DNA of 62,899 nucleotides, the filler included, from Octopus bimaculoides (Eukaryota), in the NCBI RefSeq assembly GCF_001194135.2. It is 5 parts of 5 records of this genome, joined end to end, with 100 filler letters (N's around TTAATTAATTAA, not from the genome) between each part and the next. Parts side by side here need not be neighbours in the genome. Positions count along the whole stretch, not along the records: positions 10,822 to 35,958 come from NC_069002.1; 4 more parts are not named here. One strand, 5' to 3'. Below the pieces are notes generated by a model, which was not told the DNA's origin, searched no databases, and saw only the letters and a list, made by a program, of their open reading frames with translations. The position numbers were made by a program, and so were the translations under genes. Shown here one piece after another: positions 11,991-24,924 of this stretch; position 1 is the stretch's first letter; each line of letters begins with the position of its first letter.

Positions 11991-12039
11991 AAAACAAAGC
12001 TACGGTGAAAGCTTATTGGGTTCGTTCATTTCAGTCAGT

Positions 12040-12235
12040 TTCCTTCTACCAATCGATTAACAAGTCTTAGGTCGGAGCTTTGGTCGAACCGGGACTATTG
12101 TGAAATACACTTGTGCGAAGTTCCGCGCAACAGAAAAGAACCGCAAACCGTGTGGCCCGGAAGTAAACTTCATAAACTCATCACAGCCACACCTGCGCAG
12201 ATTGAGAAAAATTCCATTTTACTTTAAGAAACCAG
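12040..12235 (-). mobile_element. degenerate tRNA-derived SINE head (family A)
   Basis: Similar to better-preserved in-window copies such as 40320-40486 and 42870-42985. Confidence 0.6.
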
Positions 12236-12658
12236 CAAGTATTGGCATGACTGCGAAGGAAATAATCATCTGTGTGCGCTTCTGTACGTAAGTACGGATG
12301 TGAATTTAAATATACTTCGAGACAAAACCTAATCCATATCATACTAGTAAAATAACTAGCATTTTATCTAACGTCCAACGACAAAAACTAAATAGATTCA
12401 CAACATATTTCAATATATAAGCAGACACATTTAAAATGACAATATCGGCTATTGTTTACACTATCGAGCATTTCTGATTAAAAGATGTATGTTTGGGTAT
12501 TTGCAGCAGTCACAATAATGAGATAGAATTATAAAGGTTTTACTTGTGTGTTTGTCACAATGTGTCAGTTTGTGACATTTTCTATAAACCTGTGTATATA
12601 TATAATTATATATGTATGTAAGCATTGTATATGTATCAATATTCATGTGAAATTCATA

Positions 12659-12693
<35 letters not shown>

Positions 12694-13405
12694 CGTTTGG
12701 TGTAATTGTTACTGTTTCAATAAATATATTCCTTAACGATTATCGGAACTCAAGTGTTTCGTCTATTTTCCTGAGGAATTCGTAGACGAATCAAAAACTA
12801 TACAATCGTGTAAAGAATAAATCATCATTATATAACATCGGTACTGTCTCCGAATTAAGTTTCCAATATATATATACATATATATATATAAGTATGTACA
12901 CACAAATATATACACACAAACATCTCACAAAGACACTAACAACTCGCACACAAAAGCACAAAATCGTATATGAAAAAGCAAAAATAAACAGTTGGGTACA
13001 AAACAACAAATACATACATATTACAATCGAAAATAAAACCATTTAACATAATCAAACCAAATAAAAACGCCATTTTCTAATTATATTTGAAGAATTAAAA
13101 TAACTATAGATATTAACAACCTGGAGATAACAGTATTACATGAACCGCACCATTCTATGTCTGGACACAGTATTACCATATGCATAATTCTGATACGGAA
13201 TTTTACTTCAAGAGATATAGAGACTGGGAACAAAAGAATAAGGAAAACGAGGAAATTTAGCAATAAATTTTGGCAAAGATTTATGGTCTGGAATCATGTT
13301 TTTGGCAAGGTCAGTCTTGGTCTCTGCATCAGCTCTATGAATAATCAATGTGGTTTCTCGTTAGTGAAAATTTTAAGCCTTTTGTTGTTATTTTCATATG
13401 TCTGC

Positions 13406-13448
<43 letters not shown>

Positions 13449-13633
13449 TATATATATATATATATGCATGAATGTGTGTGTATGTATCTATATACTCATA
13501 AATAGGATAAAATTGTATTTATTCAGAAAAAGATTCACACATAAATGCATCCATACGTTTATACATATTTACATACATATGTATGTATACGTGTATATAT
13601 ATATGTGTGTGTGTCTGTGCTTATACATCTGTA

Positions 13634-13675
<42 letters not shown>

Positions 13676-13734
13676 GAGGGTGCGGTGAATAAACTGTCTT
13701 CTAAATCGAGGAATACTGAAAATAGCACTGGGTA

Positions 13735-13880
13735 GTTTTGGGTGGCCAGAGGTTAGGGTTGATATGGTCGTAGAAATTGTCTGATCACCATGATTGGGCT
13801 CTCATTACTGTGTGGCATGGTGCGGAGTCCTGTTGCCAGACAGAGTCTTCCAGCAGTTACCCTCTTCGGGCAGGGCTATC
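13735..13880 (-). mobile_element. Tc1/mariner transposase fragment (resembles DD37D/maT types)
   Basis: Minus strand gives WQQDSAPCHT...QSW*SDNFYDHINPNLWPP after a frameshift; third catalytic residue not readable, so subfamily is inference. Confidence 0.6.
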
Positions 13881-13902
13881 AAACGTCTCGAACAAATACA
13901 AT

Positions 13903-13942
<40 letters not shown>

Positions 13943-14599
13943 TAAAACAGGGTAAAAATCAGATATTAATTAATATCGATTTATTACCAGGAAGCTAGCA
14001 CATTGAAAGAATCCGAGAGATTTAGAAAAAATATCAGATCTTAGGGGATTAAGGTATATTTTTATATATATAAAGTTGACCAGTAAAGTGGATATTTAAT
14101 ATGCTAGAAATAGACCACATGTTGCGTCTACTAAGACTTAGTAGTTCTCAAAAGAAATTCAGCGAAATACCAAACCGTAAGCGAGCAAGACATTGAAAAT
14201 TACATACATAAAATTAAAANNNNNNNNNNGCGAGCAAGACATTGAAAATTACATACATAAAATTAAAACGTCATATATATAGTCTTATTGTGTGTTTGTC
14301 TGTGTGGGACATCTATACAGGGAAAGCAATAATATATACATACAAAAATAAACGTATAAAATGACATGTATATCTTCACTCGAGGATACACAGTCTAATT
14401 TTGGGGGTACATTCATAAGCTCTGAGGAAATATATATACCCATACTCTCACACACATATATATTTCATGAAATCAAGAAAGAGACTATAGTGTACTTGCC
14501 GAAAGAGGTGGGAAAATATTCCGTTTCAGACAGTGTTCTTCAGGGAATAGTAAGCAGGAAAGAAATTAAAGACAACAGGATTTTATCCAAAGGAAAGGC

Positions 14600-14780
14600 A
14601 AAGGTCGACACTGCTTGGCACCAGTGATGTCGCAACTCATTTCTACAGCTGAGTTAACTGGAGCAGCATGAAATAAAGTGTCTTGCTCAAGAACACAACA
14701 CGCAGCCCGGTCCGGGAATCGAACTCACAACCTAACGATCATAAGTTCGACGCTCTAACCACTGGACCATGCGCCTTCAC
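14600..14780 (-). mobile_element. tRNA-derived SINE (head and body)
   Basis: Minus strand GGCGCATGGTCCAGTGGTTAGAGCG (A box) ... GTGAGTTCGATTCCCGG (B box) then a non-tRNA body. Confidence 0.8.
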
Positions 14781-15103
14781 ATGCACGCACATTAACAAGT
14801 ATGTTAGTGTATTGTTGCTGATATTATATAGCTCGTTGAGAAACATTTGAAGACCAAGTGTTTGATATCACAATAAACTGAAATACGGCGATCCAGTGTA
14901 AGTCTTTATATCTATATGTGTGTGCGTGTGTGCCTCCTCACTTTGGGAACAAAAACAGGACAGTGGAGATATACAAGGAAACCGAACGAAAACATGGAGG
15001 GTAGTTAGACCAGAGCTAGGGTAAAATAGCTGGAGAAATGTTTTCTTTGACAAGAGAAAAGATAAAAGAGAGATAGGATACGTACTGTCTCTCTCTCTCT
15101 CTC

Positions 15104-15139
<36 letters not shown>

Positions 15140-15544
15140 TATACATACAACAAGAAATAATATCTGTCTCTTTTTATAGAAACAAAAGTGTTTATAGGAC
15201 TGCAAAAGAAGTGCTCAAATATAAATAAAACGAAGACAAAGAAGCATTCGTTATGGAACATTAAATTTGGGTCAACGACTTTACATACAACACCACCCCT
15301 CAAAAATTTAATCATATATAAAAAAAAAGACTCCATGGTTCCCAAACACATAAAAAAAGTCTACATATACATGAAATCACAGAAGGTAAATATATAATCG
15401 AATAAAATACAAATAGAACGGGCTCACAAAAAGTTAAATATAAACGGGTAAAAATTCAAAAACTACCAAAAGAAATCTAATATAAAATAAGTTAAAAATA
15501 AGATAAAGGTCCGACTAAAAAAGTTTTATCAAACGATTGAAATT

Positions 15545-16370
15545 TTTAAAAAACTTTAAAAAATGTTGGATCTTTCTGAATTGAGGGGCGCCACTTTTTA
15601 TTTATGTTTTATTTAGTGTTTTCTACCGAAACACTTTCAAACCTCGTATACTTGTATATTTTGTGTTATAGACCAGATTAAAATTTTTGTATTCGAAATT
15701 ATTTCATGTAAATAAAATTGTCGTATTTCGGTAATTTCAACCAATTACTGACGTCTATTGAGGTGAAAATAATTACTGCTATGGATTGTAAAGAAAACGT
15801 TGTGTAGTGTAATGGGATCTTTTCCCTTGAATAAAATTAGTGCTGTTGTTTGCCAACAACAACTATCGGCGGTACTGTTATTTATAACATCGTTTGTGCG
15901 TTTGTACTGGTTTTAGTTTTAGGATTTTGAAATTCACATTAATACATTTTTTCCCTTTTTTTCCCCCCAGTCTTTTCTTTAAACAATTAGGTTAGGGTTA
16001 TGATTATTTTTTGCCATAACCTAACTCATAACCCTAACCCTAAAACCCGAACCTTAACCCTTACTAGGGAATAACGATATAATTACCAGGGAATAACGAT
16101 CTTGTCACCGGCAAAAATTATTTTTTACAGAAACAGCAGTAACTGTATTCAGCTGAATAGACGTCAGTGATTGGTTGAAATTACAGAAATACGACAACTT
16201 TAACATGAAATAACTTGCAATATAGAAAGTTTTGTTAATAAGGCTTAAGATAAAATGATGTTTTATATGACATATTCTACCAGTATCCTAAGTTTGAAAG
16301 TGTTTCGTTCAGAAAACATTTGGCGCCCGTCAATTCAGAAAAATCCAAAATGTTTAAACATTTGAAAAAA
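15545..16370. mobile_element. fold-back/MITE-like element: ~230-bp inverted arms around a ~350-bp spacer
   Basis: 15545-15780 aligns with the reverse complement of 16134-16370 (shared TTCTGAATTGA.GGGCGCCA, GAAACACTTTCAAAC, GTCGTATTTC.GTAATTTCAACCAAT.ACTGACGTCTATT). No TSD resolved. Confidence 0.75.
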
Positions 16371-18600
16371 AAGTCTTTTACTTGCCTCATACAAGTACGT
16401 CCAAAGTTCATAGGTAAATTTCCACAGGTAAAATTCACATATATCTTGAAAAAAGTCTTTTACTCCTTCCACATAAGTACATCCAAAAGTTCATAAGCAG
16501 ACTTCACAGGTGAAATTCAACATTCACATATATCTATGGCCATTTCATATGGCGACCGCAGTTTATTTACACTAAAGTGCATCACAGCGATGACCCTCTC
16601 ACGAGGATAAACAGGATACAGGAGACCATTTCTTTATTACCTATAAGAGGTTACACAGAAAAAAGTTCGATCACCAGTACGAAACATAAAGACAGTACAA
16701 AACGAGACATAACAAACTCGGAGGACTAAAAATTTGCAAACAGAAAATCACACTTGAAGAAAAAATAAAGAGACGAATGCTAGTATGAAAGAAATGAAAA
16801 ATGAGGCGTAATACCCACTCGAACCCCGAAGTCGAGTGGTTACATTGATACATTTTTAAATACAGTCTTTTCTCTTACTTTTTTACAATTTTAAATTCAC
16901 ATTAATACATTTTTTCCCTTTTTTTCCCCCAGTCTTTTCTTTAAAAAATTAAACGTTCACAATAATAATTTTACAGTTTTTCTCTTTTAAATTTATTGTT
17001 CATCTTATGTCCTCATACTCCACCACCGACGGCGGAGTACCTCTTATCCATAGCGGTTGTCTTTATTTTACAACTTCTATTACATCCATTGCCACCATGT
17101 CCCTATCAAAACAACTCTGTCGTTCACACCATACTCCTCTCCGGGCAGATTCCTCTTCACCACTACTTTAATCTTTTCTACTCTTTTTAGAACAATAATT
17201 CAACAAGTTCAACAATAAATTCAAATTTCACTTACTTAACAAAACCTTCTCAAAAATGCTCGCCGCAGGAAANNNNNNNNNNAAAAAAAAAAAAAAAAAA
17301 AAAAAAAATTACTAAACACTCAAATGGCTGTAGTTAACAGAAATTCAACCTCGCCGGTTTCAAATCCCCGTAATGCTAAACAATATTTTTTTACATCTAC
17401 TTTTATTTCTATACACTTTCAAAAAAGGTAATTAAGAAATTAAAAAGATATAAATGAGGAAAAACGCACGTCTATTGCATGGGGGTGGGTATGTGAACAC
17501 AATCATTGGCCTGTCAACGGATCTCACTATATCCAGAAAAAGCTGAGCGAATATGTATTTTTGTGCGTATATCTATGCACAGGTGTCTATATAAATGTAA
17601 GGGTAAAATGTAAAGATCGCCCACAGTATGTTTGAATGTACGATTACGTTTTGAGTTTCGATTTTCGTTCTGTCTATGTTTGCTTTATGGTTTTTACTTG
17701 GCGGTTTTCATTAGGAGTTATAAAGCACGATATTTGATTCACTGCTCTATTTTAGTTAATATTTTATCTGATATTTTGATTCTGTGAAAATCACTTTATT
17801 ACTTATTACGTATAAGAAAAGTGTTTTTCATTATCACCGAAGTTTCTCGTGCATATATGAGTAGCAGACGACAACTAGTAAAATGTATTCTAATGAAAAT
17901 AAGCGAAACAGGTTTAAAAATTCCGATAACTTTTGCCAAGTCCCCGACGAAATATCTCGGCACCTATGCTCACTGCAAATGTTTGTGCAGCACCTCATCC
18001 ACGAGGCGCCGATGCATGGTGGGTCGAAATGATCGTAGTTGATAATAGTCTCGTCAATTCCAGTCTCTTCCTCATACTTTATATAATTATATAAAATTAT
18101 ATGTACATATATGTATGCATTCACACACACACACATATATATATATATGTATGTATATATATACTCATGTGTGCCAGCATTTGTGTGCAATGGTGTGTAT
18201 AGTTCTCTTCACAATGAACTAATGATCTGGCATCAGAAACATTGCCGTCACACGATACAAATTTCTATAACCAAAGCAACACGACTTTGCTGATTGAATG
18301 GAGAGCTCTGTTGATAGCAAGACAACTTTATAAACTAATTGCTTTCATTTCAATTGTAATGACTTTAACTACCGACTTAGATCGCTTCATGAATATTAAT
18401 TAACCATTGATACATGATTACCGATGCTTTCTACTCCCAATAGATATTGGCATAGTTTAGTCTTACTTCATAAGAGCAATAGCATTTTCTAATTGAAATA
18501 TTAATGGCACTTTTAAATATTCACCTTGTTAAGCCAGTGGCTTATTATTCTAATGAATGTAATACTAACTATTGTTATTATAACTGTTTTTATTATCATT

Positions 18601-18945
18601 AAGGCGCCGAGCATGCAAAGTCGTTAGCACGCTGGGTAAAATGCTTAGCGATCTTTAGTCCATCCTTAAGTTCTCAGTTCAAATTTCACCGGGGTTGTCG
18701 CTACCTTTCCACATTTTGGGGGTTGATTAAAGTACCACTTGAGCACTGCGGTCGATGTAATCGACTATTCCCCTCCCCTAAAACAAATTCCGCCCTTGTG
18801 CCTATTGTAGAAAAGAGTATTAAGACGGTGAGTTGGCAGAGAGTCGTAGGCGCGCCGGAGGAAATTCTTAGTGGTATTTCTTCGATGTTACGTTCTCAGT
18901 TCCAATACCACCACGGTTGACTTTACCTTTCTGGGTCGGTTACAT
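18601..18945 (+). mobile_element. tandem pair of family-B SINEs
   Basis: Two successive copies matching the consensus seen at 33037-33192 (GGCGAGCTGGCAGAATCGTTAGC...GTTCAAATTCC...GGGGTCGATAAA.TAAGTACCAG). Confidence 0.8.
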
Positions 18946-19759
18946 AAATAAAACGTAACTTCACAAAGTATCTCACTATGAGATCGAACTCGATACCACA
19001 GATTATCAAACCAAGCTTCCAACTTCACAGCCATGCTACATTAAATATCAAAGTCCAGTTACAATTATTTTCTCATTTCTAATGTTTTAATATTTCTCTT
19101 ACATACAACTAATATTGGCGTTCTAACATTAAAAGTTTCTGGTGTTTGATGTAATTTCTTCAATTAATATATTTATTCAATATTACATAATAATTACCAA
19201 AGGGAAAATAGAAAAATACGTTTTTTAATAACGTCTATGTTTATCACAGCAAATATAATATGAAGCAGCATTTTGTTTTATCTTTCGAATCATTGGTTTC
19301 GGAACTACAAACAAAAAACCTCTAGCTCTGTTAGTAAATTTCAAATGATCCATCCATTTGTAATTCTACTATTTCTCTTACTACATCCCAACCACCATCA
19401 GCATCGTACAGTAAGAGATAGACTAAATCATGTGATTCGCACTCGTTATTCTTCACAGATGAAGAGAATGAGTCCTAGTGTTCAGTGAATGTAACGTCAC
19501 ATTTGTTCGTAGAGAGTGTGTATATTTATATGTCGTCTGTTGAGTTCAATCTAATGTCTCTCCACTTCCGTCATTATTCAAAACCTGATTTCAAATATTT
19601 GATAAGGAGTTTACTAATCCCCTCCCCAACTGTGCACTCTCCCGTTGCAAAAAATAAATGAGGGTTCTGCGGATTCTTGCTTAACAATCCGCTCAGGTGA
19701 TTTGCTAAAAGTGATCAAACGTTTGCGTTGTACATTAGCTCACTCCTTTCACTGAACCA

Positions 19760-19925
19760 ACGCTACCTGTACAGGTGAGCGCTGTGCCACGCGTCACGTG
19801 TTGAAGTCAACTTAGGGCAACGAGAAACGAACTGCTTTCTTCAAGTGCACAACGCACATGCGGTCTGAGAATCGAAACAACGATCTTGCGATCGGGCGTG
19901 CAACATCCTGACCCCTTGACCCCTT
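19760..19925 (-). mobile_element. degenerate tRNA-derived SINE
   Basis: Reverse B-box-like GAATCGAAAC and body similar to 14600-14780. Confidence 0.55.
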
Positions 19926-20099
19926 GACTTCACATCCCTCCGAAATACACTGAAATAAAAGTTTGAAAAAGCACAAATATTTGTATATATTGATAAGGTT
20001 TTCTTACTGTTGTTATTGTTTAACATTATAAACCTCATGGAGTAGACATAGAACATTTATCTTACTTTGAGATACATATATATTTTTTTATGCGCCCTT

Positions 20100-20370
20100 T
20101 TAAAGCCTAGCCAGGCTCATGGGCCCGGTTTCCCGCATCTATGGCGTATGTGTTCCCCCCACCCCACTGCTGGACGGGACGCCAGTCCATCGCAGCGTTA
20201 CTTAAGAAACAGGAAGAAAGAGTGAGAGAAAGTTGGGGAGAAAGAGTACAACAGGGGTCGCCATCACCCCCTGCCGGAGCCTCGTGGAGCTTTAGGTGTT
20301 TTCGCTCAATAAACACATACAACGACAGGTCTGGGAATCGAAACCGCGAGTCCGCTGCCATAACCACCTC
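20100..20370 (-). mobile_element. SINE with LINE-like 3' part
   Basis: Reverse tRNA-like head (GGGAATCGAAACC at ~20333) and a GGACGGGACGCCAGTCCATCGCAG block typical of SINE/LINE 3' ends. Confidence 0.6.
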
Positions 20371-20560
20371 CACATATACATAACACTATTATTTCTAGCA
20401 GGTCTAAAAGCCGTATAAAAACTCCCTCGCTGACTACGTATTCTTGGCACGAGGATTCATAAATAAGAAAACCAAAATCTTATTTATAAAATGTTATACG
20501 ATGCAGTTTTCGGTTTACAAAATTCTATTTATGGTGTTTTCATATGTTTATACTTTTCAG

Positions 20561-20630
20561 GTGGATTAGCTGTAATCAACAGAATTTACGTGTTCGGAGC
20601 AATTTACTGGAATATATAAGATGGGCTGAA
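20561..20630 (+). CDS. candidate internal exon (70 nt), unknown protein
   Basis: ATACTTTTCAG| acceptor, GAA|GTATGC donor; one frame stays open to the donor: WISCNQQNLRVRSNLLEYIRWAE (phase 2 to 0). Confidence 0.35.
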
Positions 20631-20783
20631 GTATGCTCCGATAATCTGTGGGATTTATGTGTAAATCATTTTTTTATCGTTTACTTGTTTCAATAATTGG
20701 ACTGCAGCCACGCTTGGAATGGATCCTCACACTTATCTTTCCTTTTTAAGCGTTTTACTTATAATCATTGGCGTCTTTTGCTG

Positions 20784-21075
20784 AAGTGCTAAGTTACGAC
20801 GACGTAACTTGTCAAGCCGTGCTGGGGGACAGAGACAATGACACAAACACAGACGTGTATACGTGTGTGTGGGTGCATATACTTGTGTATGTATATGTAT
20901 ATATGTACATGTGTGTGTGTGTGTGTGCACGACGTTTCTGTCCACCAAATTACCACATAGAGATTTGGTTGACCCGGGGATATAGCAGATTACACTTGCC
21001 CAACATTCTACAAAGTGGGACTGAACCCGGACTCGTATGGCTGGGAAGCAAGCGTCTTGGCAGACAGTACACTTG
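20784..21075 (-). mobile_element. family-A SINE (head, TG-rich middle, core)
   Basis: Reverse head GGGACTGAACCC...CACTTGCCCAA and core GCTAAGTTACG...TGTCAAGC. Confidence 0.75.
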
Positions 21076-21719
21076 CGCCTTTATCATGTCTATATTTTCC
21101 GATAGATTTTGTCTGCTTAGCCGTATTATATGTAATCAGCTGTAGTATGTCTACACATTCAATAGGATTATCTATAATCGGCTAGATTATATGTATATTA
21201 TCAACTGTAATAAGTTTGGAAAGTTTTACATATCTTTACTGTTCCATTGATGGCTTGAATCTGTATGTGTGAATGTATGTATTATGTATGTGTTTGTGTT
21301 TGTGTCCCCGCTCCAACCGCTTGACAACTGATCCTGCTTTCATTTACGTCGTCGTAACTTAGCGTGAATTGTGTGTTTAAGTGCAAACGGATTAGATGTA
21401 TTAATCATGAGAATGTGTGTTGAACTGGATTATGTGTACATTTTTGGTGGGTTATATGCAATCTGATAGATTAGAGGTAATCAACTTGATTAGGGATGTC
21501 TTTTGTGAATAATACATTTGCTTTGCGTCTGCGTAGTGTTGGGTTGTCTCACTGCATATAACCTTCGGTAACTTGCTTCTGTTGTAGCACCAAACTGACA
21601 AATGCTTTGTGAGTGAATTTTGTAGACAGAATATCTGTAGTACATACATACATGCATATATACAGACAGACATGCATACATGCAGGCAGACATACATACA
21701 TAAACTTTATAGAACTGAC

Positions 21720-22298
21720 ATGATGATTTAGGATAGCGAAGCGGAATTGTATACATTTGTGGAAATCAGCTGCTCAGCGGATGTTAACATAAAGCTAAAG
21801 ATCAGCGGAAAAGAAAATACCTATGCTGAACTAATGATAAATCTACAGTTACTGAAACCAGATTGAAATTGCAAGTTCAGGTTTATACCTGTAATTATTA
21901 GGGCACTGGGATATGCAACATACTACCTAAGTGCCAATCATGAGAAATTAGGCTTCTCAAAACCAGAAAGGAGAAAGCGAATTCGAAGACTACAGAGCTA
22001 ATCCATCACTGGAACTCTAAAAAATCTGTAAAACCTGGCAGAAAGTTGTCATTTAAGTATATATGCGCATGTCTGGACATACAACTCTATGCATGAGAAT
22101 ACATACATAAAACGAAACATGCAAACGTGGACATGCACTGACTCAAAATACTGCACATATACACACATTCAAAAATACTATGTTGATGGTTTTGAAATTC
22201 CAGTGAAGGAGTCTTGGATCTAGGTTAGAAACCAGCTCTTTCTCTATTGGCAAGAGATCTTGAAATAAAACGGAATAATGGCTTACATACATACATAA
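21720..22298 (+). mobile_element. R4/Dong-like REL LINE 3' end, type C
   Basis: VEISCSADVNIKLKISGKENTYAEL..NLQLLKPD*..FRFIPVIIRALGY...LEKLGFSKPERRK-like...SITGTLKICKTWQK, ORF stop near 22056, ~220-bp UTR, (ACAT)n tail. Confidence 0.85.
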
Positions 22299-22780
22299 AT
22301 TATGTATGTCATTTTTCAGTTTTATTTCAAGATTTCTTGCCAATAGAGGAAGCCAGTATCTAACCTAGATCCGAGGCTCCTTCATTGAAGTTTCAACATC
22401 AACAACAGGGTATTTTTGTATATATGTATGTATGTATGTATGTAATCAATCAGTTTCATTTCTGTATTTCTTGTCCATAGAGAAAGAGCCGGACTCTAAC
22501 ATAGATTCNNNNNNNNNNNNNNNNNNNAGGAAGCCAGTATCTAACCTAGATCCGAGGCTCCTTCATTGGAACTTTTATCAACATCATCTAGGTATTTGTG
22601 CATATGTGTGTGTGTGTGCAGTATTTGGTGTTAGTGTATGCGCAGATTTGTATGTTTGTTTTATGGATGCGTTTTTATGTCTAGATGCATGCATATGTAT
22701 TTATGTGCTAAATTTTTGGAAAGTTTTACATATCTTTACTGTTCCATTGATGGCTTGAATCTGTATGTATGAATGTATGT
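22299..22780 (-). mobile_element. inverted type-C REL LINE 3' ends (two to three partial copies, small N gap inside)
   Basis: 22320-22420 and 22529-22770 are reverse complements of the UTR/ORF end at 21990-22270 (e.g. TTCAAGAT.TCTTGCCAATAGAG, CTAACCTAGATCC.AG.CTCCTTCA). Confidence 0.75.
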
Positions 22781-23474
22781 ATTATGTATGTGTTTGTGTG
22801 TGCGTGTTTCTTTGTGTTTGTGTCCCCGCTCCAACCGCTTGACAACTGATCCTGCTTTCATTTACGTCGTCGTAACTTAGCACTTTGACAAAAGAGATGG
22901 ATAGAACATTTTAGCGCTGGTGTGTATTGCTTCGATCAAAACTCTCAAGGCGGTGCCCCAGTTTGACCGAAATCTAATGACTAAAACATTTAAAAAAAGT
23001 AAAACATAAAGGGCAATAATATGGATCGTTGCCTACATTTTCAACTCTATTGTATATGATCAACTGTATATTTATTGAAATTAGCTTTAACTGTCAATAA
23101 ACATTAGGCTTATTGATTTGAAATAGAAATGAAAAGAGAACTGAACCGAACCAATTCTGCCCACCCTAAGGATATTAATGATATAAAAGTTGATAATTCG
23201 ATTCAAGGTGCACGAAAATAGGAATGGTTAATTCCATTCGTTATCACTTCGCCACTCTCCTTACAGTACCATTCTCACCTCTCATTAATTCATGAACTCA
23301 TTTCTGAATCAGAACTAAACTATATGAAATATATGGGCAGGTGTAAAAAAAGAACGAGACAAAAGAAATAAGTTCGCGTGTACTTTAGAAATCGGTAATC
23401 GATACTGCTTCTTGAGATTCTGTGACAGAGTGTTATGCGTTTTTCAAGATATCTCTTAACTTTATCCGTTTAAT

Positions 23475-23897
23475 CGTTTCAGTCATTTGGACTGTGGCCA
23501 TACTGGGACACTGCATTGAATGGCTTTTACTTCTACATAGACCCCAGTATTTAGTTTTCAAAATTTGATAATTATTTGATCAGTGTATTTTGCCTAACTG
23601 CAAGGTTACAAGGATATAAACGTCCAACACTGATTCTTAAGCGGTGGATGAAGAGGAAAGCACATACGCGCATATACACACAGAGAGACACACACACACA
23701 GACACACACACACACAGGCACACATACTCACATATACGACGGGCTTCCACACAATTTCCGTCTACCAAATTAACTCAAAAAGCATTGCTCGACCCAGAGC
23801 CATAGTAGCAAATACTTGCCTAAGGTACCGCACAGAAGAACAGAACCCGAAATCACATGTATGCAGAAGATGCTTTTTACCCACATATCCATGCGCC
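23475..23897 (-). mobile_element. near full-length family-A SINE
   Basis: Reverse tail TTTCAGTCATT.GACTGTGGCCATACTGG, core, (AC)n, head ending ...ATCCATGCGCCT. Confidence 0.8.
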
Positions 23898-24199
23898 TAG
23901 ATTAAGGTTATTGGAGCCAGTTTGTCTCCGGTGGGAAAGAATGAGAGGTGAGTATGGTACAGTAAAGAGAGTGGTGAAGTGATACGGTTTTCTGTGAATC
24001 TAATTAACCATTCCTATTTTAGTACACCTTGAATCGAATTATCTACTTTTAAGTCATTTATATCCTTAGGACAGGCAGAATTCATTCCATTCTCGTTTCA
24101 TTGCTATTGCAAGTCAATAAGCCTAATTAGAACATGAAGCAAGAAAAGATGTAGAGGCTTGTAAAAGAAATGAAACTGTCATATTTGGAACAAATATAT

Positions 24200-24830
24200 C
24201 AGAGAAAACGATGGAGTCGTTAACACGCTGGGAAAAGTGCTTTGCAGTATTTCGTCCGTCTTTATGTTCTGAGTTCAAATGCCGCCGACGTAGACTTTGC
24301 CTTCCATTATTTCGGGGTTGATAAAAAAAAATGTACCAGTTGAGTGCTGACGTCGATATAATCGGCTTAACCCCTTCCAGTAGTTGCTGGCCTTGTGCCA
24401 AACTTTGAAACCCATATACGCTAGCTGTAAGTCGGTATAGGAAGAATAACTACAGCCTAAGTTAAATATTATCGATGTAATCGGCGGGACCACTATAAGT
24501 ATTGACGAATGTTTCGCAGTGAATTAGAGTAAATCAGATTTAGAACAACTTAATGATTTATGTTATTATAATTATTATTCCACACAGACGGGAACGTGAT
24601 TTTAAAAACCTGAACTAAAAATCATATACTTCTTTTCAATATAGGCACAGGGGTTGAATTTTGGAGGGAGGGGACTAGTCAATTTTATCGATTTCAGTCC
24701 TAAACTGGAACTCATTTGATCGACTCTGCAATGCTGAAAAGCAAAGCCGATCTCCGTGGAATTTGAGTTCAAACCGTAGCGACGGACGAAATGCCGCTAA
24801 ACATTTCGTCAGGTGGCTAACGATTCATGA
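24200..24830. mobile_element. convergent pair of family-B SINEs (+ at 24200-24420, - at 24640-24830)
   Basis: Both match the in-window family-B consensus in opposite orientations. Confidence 0.8.
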
Positions 24831-24924
24831 ACCACAGATAAAAATCCTTACAATAGGCAGAAAGCCTGAAATTTTGGGGGAAGGGGTAATTTTTGTGGTG
24901 GTGGTGGTGATCTTGCTGCTGACG

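Noticed and set aside
13091-13400. About 100 open codons in AT-rich sequence
   Set aside because: No recognisable motif or splice sites, and it runs into (TA)n.
14690-14780. tRNA genes at SINE heads (also 29750-29830, 32265-32320)
   Set aside because: A/B boxes present but no complete cloverleaf, and each runs into a shared SINE body.
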